A DNA stretch of 64,000 nucleotides from Candidatus Kerfeldbacteria bacterium (GTDB taxonomy: Bacteria; Patescibacteriota; Patescibacteriia; UBA9570; XYC2-FULL-38-9): positions 532,753 to 596,752 of the forward strand of contig JACPGJ010000008.1 in assembly GCA_016182555.1 (NCBI GenBank), written 5' to 3'. A program made the position numbers and the translations under genes. The stretch's first letter is position 1; each line of letters opens with the position of its first letter. Shown here piece by piece: positions 1 through 13,129 of the stretch. The notes beneath the pieces are model-generated. The model had not been told where the DNA came from. It made no database searches and was given only the letters and a program-made list of their open reading frames with translations.

Positions 1-1340
1 GATAATTCAGTATATGAATGTTCAAATGTTTTATTGATATATCCTTCGTTATAGATATACTGAATCAATTCATGAATAGATGGCGTCTCCGGGGTTGGCA
101 TAGTGCGTCGTTGTGTCGGATCTTTGACAACTCCATGGAGACGACGGGCGAGAAACTGATTCGATGTATCACGTTCATTTAATGGTGCGGTCGCATCAGT
201 TGCAACCGTATACGCATGAAATAATGCTGTAAGATGCGTTAACTTTTTTGTTTGCGAATTTTTTCCTAATACTCGTAAATGTTCGCGATCAACAGATCCC
301 CCGTTCATCAACAATGGAAACAGTAAACTGACGCTAGGGACACCGACGCCGAAACGCGCATCAAAACGACGTGTGGTGTGTGCTGCCGCAGCTTCTTGAT
401 TGGAATGCGTAAGCGCTGTGGCAATATCTGCACGTGTAAATTGAAAATCATTGATACAGCGTTGCCAAAATTGTTCTGCATTGACAATCACCCCTCGTGC
501 TGCGGTAACAGTTTCTGCATCTTGAAAATTTCCTCCATAAAAATCCTTGCTCGCCTGTTGCAGAAAACGAATAGTAGGATAAAGAGTTTCTGGTTCCCCT
601 TTTGACACTTGTGCAAACGATGCGTGTCGAATAAGATGTTCTAAGACGAACATTTTCTTTTCTGCTTCAATAAGATCAAAATTCAAATCAATTTCATCGT
701 CTGCCTCTTCAACCTCTTCCTGTTCAATAACGGTATGATGGCTTTCCCTAAATTCGGTATTACGCACCATACTTGCTTGCAACCTCACCTGCGCACCATC
801 TATGTCCACCATACCCGTACGGGCCAGTGTTCGAAATTGATTTCGCGTCACGTGCATAAAACCAATAATGTTTCCTTGATCAGCATTTAATGGATATGGC
901 ACATCAAAAGGTTGAGGAATAAGGCGTCCAATAAGTGCATGCGCTGTACGTTTTTCATGAGTGTCGTCTTGCGATTTTTGCAATGTATAGTTTTGGACAC
1001 TGTGTAATGCTCGTGTACTCACTTCTGTCGGACGTACATGTGTTTCTTCAAGGACAGTTCGCTTTCCAGTATCAACAATAGATTCATGAGGGACGCGTTT
1101 TCCACCGGGGGCTATTAACTGATCTACCTTTCCACGTTCTTGAGTACGCAAAAAAATCATTCGAGTAAAATCCACTTGACCATTTTCAATATGTTCCGGT
1201 AATTGCGAAGCGTCTATCGATTGAAAAAGAAAAAAACGAACAATCTCTTCGGGTTTTTTTTCTCTCTGTTCATAACCCTGCTCTGAAAGTGGTCGTCGAA
1301 ATACGGCAGTATGGCCGGTACGTCTCTCTTTTTTTTCTAC
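1..1340 (-). CDS. hypothetical protein, partial (C-terminus beyond the left window edge); absent from the supplied ORF track
   Basis: Reverse-strand ATG at 1338-1340 opens a reading frame that runs without a stop to position 1 (over 440 codons by manual translation). No recognisable catalytic motif. The short plus-strand ORFs 378-605 and 1311-1559 lie antisense to it. Confidence 0.5.
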
Positions 1341-1349
1341 CATAAGGAG

Positions 1350-1814
1350 CTACACACGTTCATCTTCCGCGTACACCCATTCGAAATCCATTTTTTTGTA
1401 TTCAAAAATTTCTTCTGGGGTAAAAAACCGTGCAACTTCAGCTGCCGCATTTTCAACGGAATCCGACGCATGCACAATATTGGCTTGCATGCTCATGGCA
1501 AAATCACCGCGAATCGTTCCTGCATCAGCTTCGCGCGATTTCGTTTGGCCAGCAATTAAACGCACGGCATTGATCGCTTCTAAACCTTCTAAAATGAGCA
1601 TGACCACTGGTGCAGATTGCATAAAACTTTTTAGTTTCGGAAAAAATGGCTTTTCTACATGGTGTGCATAATGTTCTACGACCTTCTCGTCGCTAATGCT
1701 TGCCATTTTTAATGCAATAAGTTTCAAGCCCTTGCGTTCAAAGCGATGAATAATTTCACCAAGCAAATTGCGTTGCAGGGCATCAGGTTTGATGATAACT
1801 AATGTTCGTTCCAT
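1350..1814 (-). CDS. ndk: nucleoside diphosphate kinase
   Basis: 154 aa. Opens with the NDK-typical RTLVIIKPDA segment, and the whole protein (about 150 aa) matches the NDK family in length and motifs. Confidence 0.92.
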   Translation of the reverse strand: MERTLVIIKPDALQRNLLGEIIHRFERKGLKLIALKMASISDEKVVEHYAHHVEKPFFPKLKSFMQSAPVVMLILEGLEAINAVRLIAGQTKSREADAGTIRGDFAMSMQANIVHASDSVENAAAEVARFFTPEEIFEYKKMDFEWVYAEDERV

Positions 1815-1842
1815 AAAATAGATTTACTCATTTAATTGTCCT

Positions 1843-1864
1843 GACACGATAACAAAAAATGCCC
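1843..1864 (-). terminator. candidate rho-independent terminator after the response-regulator gene
   Basis: Short GC hairpin (gcccc gta ggggc on the minus strand) followed by an attttttg T-run on the minus strand; a second longer hairpin lies at about 1905-1950. Confidence 0.4.
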
Positions 1865-1971
1865 CGTAGGGCAAATTTGATTACCATTTGTCCTTCACGT
1901 CAATTCTTCGAGAGCTTCGTTTTGCTTCGCAAAGCCGTGCTCTCGGAAGACATTGCCGTTACGGCCAAAAA

Positions 1972-2343
1972 TTATCCAATAACTTGTTTTACTTTGTCGA
2001 CCACTTCTTGAGGAGTATGGTTGGCTTTAATAAAGTAATCCGCTGCGCCTAATTCTTTCCCTTTCCGAATATCTTCTTCTTGGCCTAAATTTGTGAGCAA
2101 AATAACCGGAATTTCTTTTGTGGCATCATTTTTCTTCAATTTCTTCAACGCCACAAAACCGTCCATTTTTGGCATAATAATATCAAGCAAAATAATTGCT
2201 GGTTGGTGTTCTTCAGCCATTTGAATACCTTCGGAACCGTTAAACGCCGAAAGAACGGTATATCCTTCTTTCGTAAATTTTTGGGTGTACATGGAATGAA
2301 GCATTTCGTCGTCTTCAACCAAGAGAATGGTGTTTTTGGACAT
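1972..2343 (-). CDS. single-domain response regulator (CheY-like receiver)
   Basis: 123 aa. Receiver-domain residues present: an N-terminal acidic pair (VEDDE), a phospho-acceptor Asp in LLDIIMP, and conserved T/K positions. No output domain. Confidence 0.85.
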   Translation of the reverse strand: MSKNTILLVEDDEMLHSMYTQKFTKEGYTVLSAFNGSEGIQMAEEHQPAIILLDIIMPKMDGFVALKKLKKNDATKEIPVILLTNLGQEEDIRKGKELGAADYFIKANHTPQEVVDKVKQVIG

Positions 2344-2442
2344 AAATGAAGTCTAGGTAGAAAATGGGTAATATATATCTTCACTATACAGTATAACACA
2401 CAAAAGAAAGTGTGTCTATACACCTGTGGATTATTGACGAAC

Positions 2443-3891
2443 TTAAATCGCTAATGGAATATGTTCCCGGTCCAACGCTGCTGCCTGCTCAACAACATGC
2501 GCGACACGCAGTAAACGCGATTCTTGAAATTGTGGCGCAATAAACTGCACCGATGTTGGGAGCCGATTGACGAAACCGATTGGTAAAGACAATGCGGGAA
2601 TACCAGCTAAGCTCACCGGCAGGGTAAAAATATCGGCTAAATACATTTCTACCGGGTCATTCGACCGTTCACCTATTTTAAATGGCAACACCGGAGAAAC
2701 TGGCGCTAAAATAATGTCCACGATTTGTAAGGCATGTTCAAAATCTTGCTTCACCAATGTGCGCACCTGCTGTGCTTTTTTATAATACGCATCATAATAG
2801 CCGGAAGATAAACAAAACGTGCCAATCATGATACGACGTTTCGCTTCCGGACCAAAACCCTGTTCACGGGTTTTCACAAATACTTCTTCCAGTGTTGTGG
2901 CATCAGCTGCGCGCGAACCATATTGCATGCCATCATAGCGTGCTAAATTTGAACTCACTTCGGACGGATTGAGAATATAATAGGCCGCGAGTGAGTATGG
3001 TGTATTTGGTAAAGAAATTTCTTGTATCGTCGCTCCAAGACGTTCACACAATGCAATCACTGCTTCACATTTTTTCTTAATGGCTGGATCAAAACCTTCC
3101 ACCGAAAAATATTCTTTCGGAATGCCAATACGTACACCCTTCAAATCGGTTGCGCCGTGCACAGCGGCTAAATAATCATCTACCGCGACATCGGGCGTTG
3201 TCGCGTCTAACGGATCATGGCCGGCGAGTTCATGTAACAAAAAAGCACTATCTGCAACAGTTTGGGTAAACACGCCAACCGTATCAAAAGAGGAGGCTGT
3301 TGGCATGACACCATAACGAGAAATACGGCCGTACGTCGGTTTAAAACCAACAATATTACAAAACGATGCGGGCTGACGAATAGAACCACCCGTATCCGTA
3401 CCAAAGGCAAACGGTACCAGTCCCGCTGCTACAGCTGCTGACGAACCACCCGAAGTACCACCGGGAACCCGTTCCAAATCATACGGGTTTTTTGTCGGAC
3501 CGTACGCAGAATGTTCGGTGGAGGAACCCATCGCAAATTCATCCATATTCGTTTTGCCAAGCAGCACGGCATCATGGCACTTTTCTATCGCCGTTGCGGA
3601 ATATGGCGGAATATATCCCTTCAAAATCTTGGAAGCCCCGGTTGTTTGAATGCCACGTGTACAAAAAAGATCTTTTGCCGCGTAAGGAATACCGGTAAGC
3701 GCAGAATGCTGTCCGGCATCAATTTCTGCCTGCGCGTGTGTTGCCCGTTCGCGAGCGTGTTCTGCAGTAACAGTAATAAAACTATTCAACGTTGCATTGG
3801 TATCGCTTATCCGTTCCAAATATTGTTCCGTCAATTCCAAAACAGAAATTTCTTTGGAATCTAATTTTTTGCGAATGTCTAACAAATTCAT
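2443..3891 (-). CDS. gatA: Glu-tRNA(Gln)/Asp-tRNA(Asn) amidotransferase subunit A
   Basis: 482 aa amidase-signature protein (GGSSGGSAAAVA, GTDTGGSIRQPA); it sits immediately downstream of gatC. Confidence 0.92.
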   Translation of the reverse strand: MNLLDIRKKLDSKEISVLELTEQYLERISDTNATLNSFITVTAEHARERATHAQAEIDAGQHSALTGIPYAAKDLFCTRGIQTTGASKILKGYIPPYSATAIEKCHDAVLLGKTNMDEFAMGSSTEHSAYGPTKNPYDLERVPGGTSGGSSAAVAAGLVPFAFGTDTGGSIRQPASFCNIVGFKPTYGRISRYGVMPTASSFDTVGVFTQTVADSAFLLHELAGHDPLDATTPDVAVDDYLAAVHGATDLKGVRIGIPKEYFSVEGFDPAIKKKCEAVIALCERLGATIQEISLPNTPYSLAAYYILNPSEVSSNLARYDGMQYGSRAADATTLEEVFVKTREQGFGPEAKRRIMIGTFCLSSGYYDAYYKKAQQVRTLVKQDFEHALQIVDIILAPVSPVLPFKIGERSNDPVEMYLADIFTLPVSLAGIPALSLPIGFVNRLPTSVQFIAPQFQESRLLRVAHVVEQAAALDREHIPLAI

Positions 3892-3902
3892 GAGAACGTT
3901 AT

Positions 3903-4211
3903 TTAGTGACTAGGAGAATCCCCAGTAAACACCGCATGCACCTTCAAAAATCCATCTTGGTCAACAGCGGGCATAGTCTGTAACATATCTGATCGTTCAA
4001 ATGTATAGCGATCTTCATCAGTGCGTAATACATTCGTAATGCCGGTTACTTGACTCATGGGTTCTACCCCTTCCGTTGATACGGCATTCAATGTATCCAC
4101 CAAGTGCAAAATAGCATTCAATTCTTCTTCCATCGTATCAATCTCTTGTGCGGAAAGAGCCATTTTGGAAAGCTGGGCAATATGCGTAACCTGTAGTCGA
4201 TTCAGTTTCAT
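3903..4211 (-). CDS. gatC: amidotransferase subunit C
   Basis: 102 aa with a typical GatC N-terminus (LSKMALSAQEIDTMEEELNAIL); forms a gatC-gatA operon. Confidence 0.85.
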   Translation of the reverse strand: MKLNRLQVTHIAQLSKMALSAQEIDTMEEELNAILHLVDTLNAVSTEGVEPMSQVTGITNVLRTDEDRYTFERSDMLQTMPAVDQDGFLKVHAVFTGDSPSH

Positions 4212-4287
4212 ATATAGATCAATCTATTGATAGATGGTTCGTATTGTAACAAAATAGCTAGAACTATACAAGAAAATATGCTAGACT

Positions 4288-6612
4288 ATGTACTATATGA
4301 TTCGTTATTTCTTTTTGCTCAACAGTATATTGATATGCACTCTTGTGTTTATGTTGCCCAGTGGAGCAGCGGCAGCAACCTATACCGTCACAAAAATAAC
4401 CGATTCAGCTGATGGTACGTGTAACAGTGATTGTTCATTACGCGAAGCCGTTATTGCAGCCAATAATGCGGCAGGCAGTGATAGTATTACACTTGCCGAA
4501 GGCACCTATACATTATCTATTGCTGGTCAAAATGAAGATGCAGCCGCACAAGGAGATATAGATATCACATCTACCATCACTATTACTGGAATCAGTGCAG
4601 AAGCCACCCTGATCGATGCCGATGAAATTGATGGAGTATTTCATGTCACCGGTGGTGGTGATTTGACTCTGCAAAACCTGACGGTAATGGGAGGAAACAA
4701 TGTCAGTAATGGAGGTGGAATTTATTCGCAAAACATATTGAACATAAGCAACTGTACTATTCGTGACAATGGAGCAACAGATAGTGGTGGAGGCATATAT
4801 GCGGTCGGGACAACTGTAATGATCACCAATGCTATTGTGAGAAATAATACCATTACGGCCAGTAGCGATGGAATAGGGGGAGGGGGTATCTATACCGGAG
4901 CTAGCACCTCTGAAATGGAAAATAGCATTGTCCGCAATAATAGCGTGACCACTACAAATGGGGTTGCTGTTGGAGGAGGAGTTAAAGGCCCTCTTACTAT
5001 TCGTAATAGTCTTATCCAAGAGAATACCGTTACAGCAACTGAGGAAGCCCGAGGTGGAGGTCTGTCTGAACCATGGATTGTGGTGAATACAACAATTATC
5101 GGGAATAGCGCGACGGGTGGAGATGGAACGTATGGTGGGGGCATAGCTTCAGTAGGAGGAGCACTGTATTTTGTCACACTCACACAAAATACGGTTACGG
5201 CAACAACAGGTACAGCAACAGGCGCCAGTCTCGGCATTGCTGGTGGTGCATTATTGATGAAAGGCAGTATTATTGATGATGATGCAAATAGCAACTGTTA
5301 TATAGATTCACCAGGAGGAGTATTAACTTCTCTTGGATACAATATTGAATTAGGGGATACCTGTGAGTTGAGTGAACCCACTGACCTCAATAATACCGAT
5401 CCTCTGTTGGAAAATGCCCTTGCTGATAATGGAGGCTCAACCCAATCGATCGCTATTCAAACAGGTTCACCCGCTGAAGACCTGGTGCCGAGTATTGATT
5501 GTACTGATGATACGACCGACCTCCTGACACAAGACCAACGAGGATTTACCCGACCAGACGATACCAATTGTGATGCAGGAGCCTATGAACGAGATGGCGT
5601 GAATCCAATCATTACCATGACAAACGATACGACAGATGTGAATACTATTGAATGCAGCGTAGATACATTTACTGACCCGGGCGCGACCGTTACCGATAAT
5701 AGTGATGATTTTTATGGCACAACGCTTTCTCTGCAAACGACAGGCAATGTTGATGAACAAACTGCCGGGACATACACCATGACCTATACAGCAACAGATG
5801 CAGCAAATAATACAAATTCAGCAACAAGAACCATCACCGTTGAAGATACCATTGCACCTTCTCTGCAATTGAGTGGAGAAACGCAAGTGAGTATAGAAGA
5901 AGGAACAACGTATACCGATGCTGGTGTTGTGGTGAGTGACCTGTGTGATGCATCAGTCACAGTCATTTCTTCAAATTCAGTAAATACGGCTGTACCCGGT
6001 GTCTATAGTGTTGTCTATACAGCCAACGATGACTCAACAAATTCCACTACAGCAACAAGAACAGTAACTGTCACTGCCGCTCCCGCCACACCAAGTGTGA
6101 CAACCGTCACAGGAGCAAAAAATGGAAAAATAACGGTGATGTATGATGATGATTCTACTACCACTTATACTATTTTTACTACTGATACAGATAAAGAAAC
6201 GTTGGTCACATTCTATACCGATACAGAATATGTTATTGTGCTGCATCCAAAAGGAAAAAAAATGGCGTTGGTTAATCCATCAACCGGTGAAGTGTATTCT
6301 ACCGTGACGCTCTCAGATAAAAAAAAGTATGGGAAAAATGCGATGAAACAATATAACGTACGAGAAGATCAAGATACAAAAACGGAAATGATTGTGACTT
6401 CAAAAAAAGACAACGCCGTAAAACTCAGTATTGTATCGGTGAATATTGCAGAGCTCGCCTTGAAGAAAAAAGATGCGGTGACCTACAACAATAGTCATGT
6501 GAATGTCAGCAAAACGAAAACCAAGAGTAAAACGATTACGTTGCGAAATACAGATAAAGAAACGTTGCAAGCATATCACGTCAGCAAAAAGTACGCGCTA
6601 TCGGAAAAATAA
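4288..6612 (+). CDS. secreted surface protein with a CSLREA-motif N-domain, parallel beta-helix repeats, Ig-like (DUF5011/HYR-like) domains and a Lys-rich C-terminal tail
   Basis: Signal peptide; DGTCNSDCSLREAVIAANN motif; many G/N/T-rich beta-helix repeats; two repeats of the form TYT..YTATD.ANN.NSATRT.TV; last about 120 aa strongly K-rich. Confidence 0.8.
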   Translation: MYYMIRYFFLLNSILICTLVFMLPSGAAAATYTVTKITDSADGTCNSDCSLREAVIAANNAAGSDSITLAEGTYTLSIAGQNEDAAAQGDIDITSTITITGISAEATLIDADEIDGVFHVTGGGDLTLQNLTVMGGNNVSNGGGIYSQNILNISNCTIRDNGATDSGGGIYAVGTTVMITNAIVRNNTITASSDGIGGGGIYTGASTSEMENSIVRNNSVTTTNGVAVGGGVKGPLTIRNSLIQENTVTATEEARGGGLSEPWIVVNTTIIGNSATGGDGTYGGGIASVGGALYFVTLTQNTVTATTGTATGASLGIAGGALLMKGSIIDDDANSNCYIDSPGGVLTSLGYNIELGDTCELSEPTDLNNTDPLLENALADNGGSTQSIAIQTGSPAEDLVPSIDCTDDTTDLLTQDQRGFTRPDDTNCDAGAYERDGVNPIITMTNDTTDVNTIECSVDTFTDPGATVTDNSDDFYGTTLSLQTTGNVDEQTAGTYTMTYTATDAANNTNSATRTITVEDTIAPSLQLSGETQVSIEEGTTYTDAGVVVSDLCDASVTVISSNSVNTAVPGVYSVVYTANDDSTNSTTATRTVTVTAAPATPSVTTVTGAKNGKITVMYDDDSTTTYTIFTTDTDKETLVTFYTDTEYVIVLHPKGKKMALVNPSTGEVYSTVTLSDKKKYGKNAMKQYNVREDQDTKTEMIVTSKKDNAVKLSIVSVNIAELALKKKDAVTYNNSHVNVSKTKTKSKTITLRNTDKETLQAYHVSKKYALSEK

Positions 6613-6635
6613 CTATCAAAAAAATTCAGCATCTA

Positions 6636-9515
<2,880 letters not shown>

Positions 9516-9520
9516 ACAAT

Positions 9521-10387
9521 TTATTCCGTTTTATCAATTGGGTCAATCGAAAAAAGAACAAAATCTACTAGATCAAGTGCACTTGGTACCCACTTCATCT
9601 GTGCCGTCATGACTCGTTGTGATGTATTGCTTGTTCCACGCACACCAACCGTAATCACGGATGGAATATCAATCACCTCTCCGCCCCCATCATTATCGCG
9701 ATAGAACTCCACATGCATAGCAGCTAAATCGCAATCCAATGGTTTTACACGAATAACATAATTTTTTGTTTCATCTGGCCAATTGGATACACTACCACAT
9801 TGATATGGATTTCCAACGGCACTATCACAATTCAACATTTGCGTATTGATGACATCGTTAGACGTTCCTAATGTGTACTCATCAAAAGCGTCAAAGGTCA
9901 CCTCTATTCGCGATTGACCCGTATCTGGACACGCGTTTTCATTCCACTGGAATCGCACAGATTGGGCCAATATCGTTTGGAAAGGATCATCCGGGTCATA
10001 CAAATCAATTTCGAGAGAGCGATTCATCTGTACAGGTGAATCAATGCTGCTGACTGTTCGTTGCGTTATTGTTTCATCCATGGCAAAGGTTGCACCGCCC
10101 TGAGATAATGTGCGCTCGGGTGTACTAGACAACATATCCAACACATCGGCGATATCTCTATCTTGCTTACGTTGCGTGCTTACCACATGTAGCTCATATT
10201 CCAAACCGCTTTCTGCCGCATAATAACTCTTTAGTGAATCAGAAAATAACCGAGCGGTGCTGACCTCGCGGTAAATAATAGAAGCCAGTGCAAAACCGAT
10301 GGTCATCATCATAGCCACAATCAATAAAGCAAAAAGCATAACGGCTCCATCTTCTGCGGTGATATGCATAGTTCGTTTATCGGACAT
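9521..10387 (-). CDS. PilX-like type IV pilus assembly protein / minor pilin
   Basis: N-terminal hydrophobic helix followed by an ...AAESGLE segment resembling the PilX N-domain; it is the last gene of the minor-pilin cluster. Confidence 0.55.
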   Translation of the reverse strand: MSDKRTMHITAEDGAVMLFALLIVAMMMTIGFALASIIYREVSTARLFSDSLKSYYAAESGLEYELHVVSTQRKQDRDIADVLDMLSSTPERTLSQGGATFAMDETITQRTVSSIDSPVQMNRSLEIDLYDPDDPFQTILAQSVRFQWNENACPDTGQSRIEVTFDAFDEYTLGTSNDVINTQMLNCDSAVGNPYQCGSVSNWPDETKNYVIRVKPLDCDLAAMHVEFYRDNDGGGEVIDIPSVITVGVRGTSNTSQRVMTAQMKWVPSALDLVDFVLFSIDPIDKTE

Positions 10388-10973
10388 AATAGCGTGGGGT
10401 AAATACCGTTTGTATCAAGGCAGTCTTTGTTGTGGCATAGTCAACGCTCAATTGCATCGTGACGGTAATAGTTGGAACCAGGTCGGGTGTAGAATTACCA
10501 TCTGGATCAGTTTCATACGGTGAACGCGCTGGGTAGATATAAAATTTCCCCACAACAAAATGAATATGATCACCATTCATTTGAGACCATTCATCGGCCG
10601 TATTCGGATCACATGATTCTTCAATGGTTTCTACACGACACAAGAATAAATTCGTGATCCCCTCCTCTGTACGAAACCAAAATACCTGCTGCACGCCTTT
10701 TCGTGTGCGGAGCGCCAGAAACTCTGGTTGTTCAAATGGATCTCCGGTATAAAAATCATAATCCAGCGTACCTTCTTTCACTCGTTCGCTCATCGATGAT
10801 AATACCGATCGACTCTCCGCTTGCATTGTTAACATATTGCGCGATTCTTTTTGACCCCGGAAAAAAATTAACAACAATGTGGTGGCAACAACAATCACAA
10901 TACTGGCAACTGCCGTGGCGACCAAAATTTCCACCAAGGTAAAACCACGGTGTGTGTTAATATTTCCAGTCAT
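10377..10973 (-). CDS. prepilin-type minor pilin
   Basis: Class III signal: MTGNINTHRG|FTLVEILVA with Glu5. Start set at that Met; the ORF extends to 11036. Confidence 0.75.
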   Translation of the reverse strand: MTGNINTHRGFTLVEILVATAVASIVIVVATTLLLIFFRGQKESRNMLTMQAESRSVLSSMSERVKEGTLDYDFYTGDPFEQPEFLALRTRKGVQQVFWFRTEEGITNLFLCRVETIEESCDPNTADEWSQMNGDHIHFVVGKFYIYPARSPYETDPDGNSTPDLVPTITVTMQLSVDYATTKTALIQTVFTPRYYVR

Positions 10974-11700
10974 AGAGATATTCTTCCAAGATATAATTTT
11001 CTGTTTCATCACCCACCGGCCATTGCACCGCCACAATCACATCCAAACCAATTTCTTGCAAACCATACTCTTCACAAGAAAAATCTTCATTGTTGATAAT
11101 TACCTCTCCTGCTGGCATGGTCGTATCGCTACTGACGTTTTCTATTTCACCACAAATAGGATATAACGTGATCAACCGCGAAAACATGGTTGGTTGAAAA
11201 TATTCCGGTTCAAATATCTCATCGCCCGACTGCACATACATCGTGATATTTGGGTCGTACCAAATTTTTGAACAATCATATTCCCCTGCGGATTTTGAGT
11301 AACACTGAGAGCCGAAATCGTCTGGTGCAAAATGTAATTCATACGCGGTTCCTGAATACCCAACAGTCGATGTAGGCACAGCCGTACGGTCACGGTTGTC
11401 TCCCTCTAATCCTGCAGTCCAGCTTATAGCGGATTGCGAATCATACCCCAACCAATTAGCATCACGAATACTACGCACAATTTCTATGCCTTCACGTGCA
11501 AAATTTGCTGCTAAAAACTGATTATTCATTTTTCGTGCCGCTAAAATAGATGTCGTGCTCAACAAAATCAAGCTGAGCACCCCTATGGCAATAATACCAA
11601 CAGCGACTATGGTTTCCAGTAAGGTAAACCCAGCCGCTGCCCGAGGGGTGGACGTGCATTGAGCAGGTGCAGCTGGATGTGAATGAAAAAAAATATACAT
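10957..11700 (-). CDS. prepilin-type minor pilin / pseudopilin
   Basis: AAAG|FTLLETIVAVGIIAIG prepilin cleavage/methylation motif. The 24-aa leader is unusually long, so the true start may be an internal non-ATG codon. Confidence 0.7.
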   Translation of the reverse strand: MYIFFHSHPAAPAQCTSTPRAAAGFTLLETIVAVGIIAIGVLSLILLSTTSILAARKMNNQFLAANFAREGIEIVRSIRDANWLGYDSQSAISWTAGLEGDNRDRTAVPTSTVGYSGTAYELHFAPDDFGSQCYSKSAGEYDCSKIWYDPNITMYVQSGDEIFEPEYFQPTMFSRLITLYPICGEIENVSSDTTMPAGEVIINNEDFSCEEYGLQEIGLDVIVAVQWPVGDETENYILEEYLYDWKY

Positions 11701-11713
11701 AAGGCGTGTACGC

Positions 11714-12283
11714 TTATTCCGTCAATTGCCCGGTCGTGCGATGCAGAGTAATGGTTTCTATATGTTGGCTCTTCAAATGTTTGATCACGATATCCAAGTC
11801 ATTATTTTGAGCAGCATTCACAAAAATAATACCATTGCTTCTGGTGATGAATAGATCACACAAGGGTGGATTTCCTTCTTGGTTGATTTCTGGGGTACAA
11901 CTCTCAATAACCATATTACTCAATAATTCATCTTCTTCAAAACTCACGGTCTTTACTACCGCATCATCTGGTTCTTTTGTATATTGATTATCCGCATTCA
12001 GATCAGCATAAATCGTATACGTATCAGTACCAGGATAGAGAACGAGCCCATAGCCATGTGGCACCGTACCCGTCGTTGATTCTCTTTTTCCACTTTGCGC
12101 CCAACTCATGGTCGTACGAATATCTTCTATCAAAATCGACTGAGCACTCCGTAAAATATTCGGGTTATTTGAGCCGGCAAATTGAAAAATAACCAACGAG
12201 GAAAGCAAACCAATAATCGCGATAACAATCAATAATTCGATAATCGTAAACCCCGCACGAAAGCGAGTGCCGTGTGTGCTCAT
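11714..12283 (-). CDS. prepilin-type minor pilin
   Basis: MSTHGTRFRAG|FTIIELLIVIAIIGLL. Its ATG (12281-12283) overlaps the pilD stop as ATGA; the 100-aa upstream extension of the ORF overlaps pilD and is rejected. Confidence 0.75.
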   Translation of the reverse strand: MSTHGTRFRAGFTIIELLIVIAIIGLLSSLVIFQFAGSNNPNILRSAQSILIEDIRTTMSWAQSGKRESTTGTVPHGYGLVLYPGTDTYTIYADLNADNQYTKEPDDAVVKTVSFEEDELLSNMVIESCTPEINQEGNPPLCDLFITRSNGIIFVNAAQNNDLDIVIKHLKSQHIETITLHRTTGQLTE

Positions 12284-13068
12284 ATCAGAAGATGCATATA
12301 CCAATCGATCAATGCATCTCCCCACCACAAACAGAACAGCGTAGCAACAGCAAGAAATGTGCCAAATGGAATGCGTGTATCTCGGCGTACACGACGAATA
12401 GCAAGGAGAAGAAGAGAAACAACTGCGCCACCGATATACGCAATAAAGAGTGCTGCAATGGTTTTCTGAAAACCAAGCATCGCGCCCATCAATACACCAA
12501 AACGAATATCTCCCGCGCCAATCCACCGCCCACGAGAAATAAGATATTGCAAGAGAAAAAAACCGCCCGCGACTACTGCGCCCCACACCATATTCATCAT
12601 CGTGTAATCCAATACGACACCCGAAGCCAACACCGCCACCACTATACCCGGAATCATCACGCGATCTGGCAATAGCTGATACTTCAAATCATAGATAAAC
12701 AAAAATAATAGAATGGCACCATAGCCAGTAACCACAAAAGCGGCAGGATTCAATGGCCCCATCATCAGAGCCGTAGCGATAAACAGTATTGCACCAATAC
12801 ATTCTACCAATGGATATTGCCAGGAAATCGGTTGAGCACAATACCGACAACGCCCGCGCAACACGATAAAAGAATACACAGGAATCAGATCACGTGCAGC
12901 GAGAGTCGCTTGACACTGTGGGCAACGGCTCCGTGCCGCACCGCCGTGGGTGTTGCGAATATTGGATTCACCTCGGTGCAAACGAAATTCCAGTGCGTTG
13001 ATAAAACTTCCAACACACAACCCAATACAGAAATAGAGAGGGAGAACCAAATAATCATTGAACATCAT
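12280..13068 (-). CDS. pilD: prepilin peptidase (A24 family)
   Basis: 262 aa polytopic protein with an N-terminal Cys-rich box (CPQC...CRYC) and two conserved catalytic-Asp regions (GGAVV..D, GAGDIRFG). Confidence 0.9.
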   Translation of the reverse strand: MMFNDYLVLPLYFCIGLCVGSFINALEFRLHRGESNIRNTHGGAARSRCPQCQATLAARDLIPVYSFIVLRGRCRYCAQPISWQYPLVECIGAILFIATALMMGPLNPAAFVVTGYGAILLFLFIYDLKYQLLPDRVMIPGIVVAVLASGVVLDYTMMNMVWGAVVAGGFFLLQYLISRGRWIGAGDIRFGVLMGAMLGFQKTIAALFIAYIGGAVVSLLLLAIRRVRRDTRIPFGTFLAVATLFCLWWGDALIDWYMHLLI

Positions 13069-13084
13069 ATACGCTATAGTATAT

Positions 13085-13125
13085 CAAAAAGCCCCCGCAT
13101 ATGCAGGGGCTTCTTTTTGATAGGT
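13085..13125 (-). terminator. rho-independent terminator after pilA (could act bidirectionally)
   Basis: aaaaaGCCCCCGCATATGCAGGGGCttcttttt: a 9-bp GC-rich stem with one mismatch, flanked by an A-run and a T-run, located between the pilA stop (13130) and the pilD start (13068). Confidence 0.6.
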
Positions 13126-13129
13126 GAAC

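Noticed and set aside
4513-5294. Minus-strand ORFs (168 and 134 aa) inside the CSLREA beta-helix gene.
   Set aside because: They are antisense to a well-supported 774-aa gene. Their repetitive Pro/Val/Thr composition is the mirror image of the Gly/Asn/Thr codon repeats.
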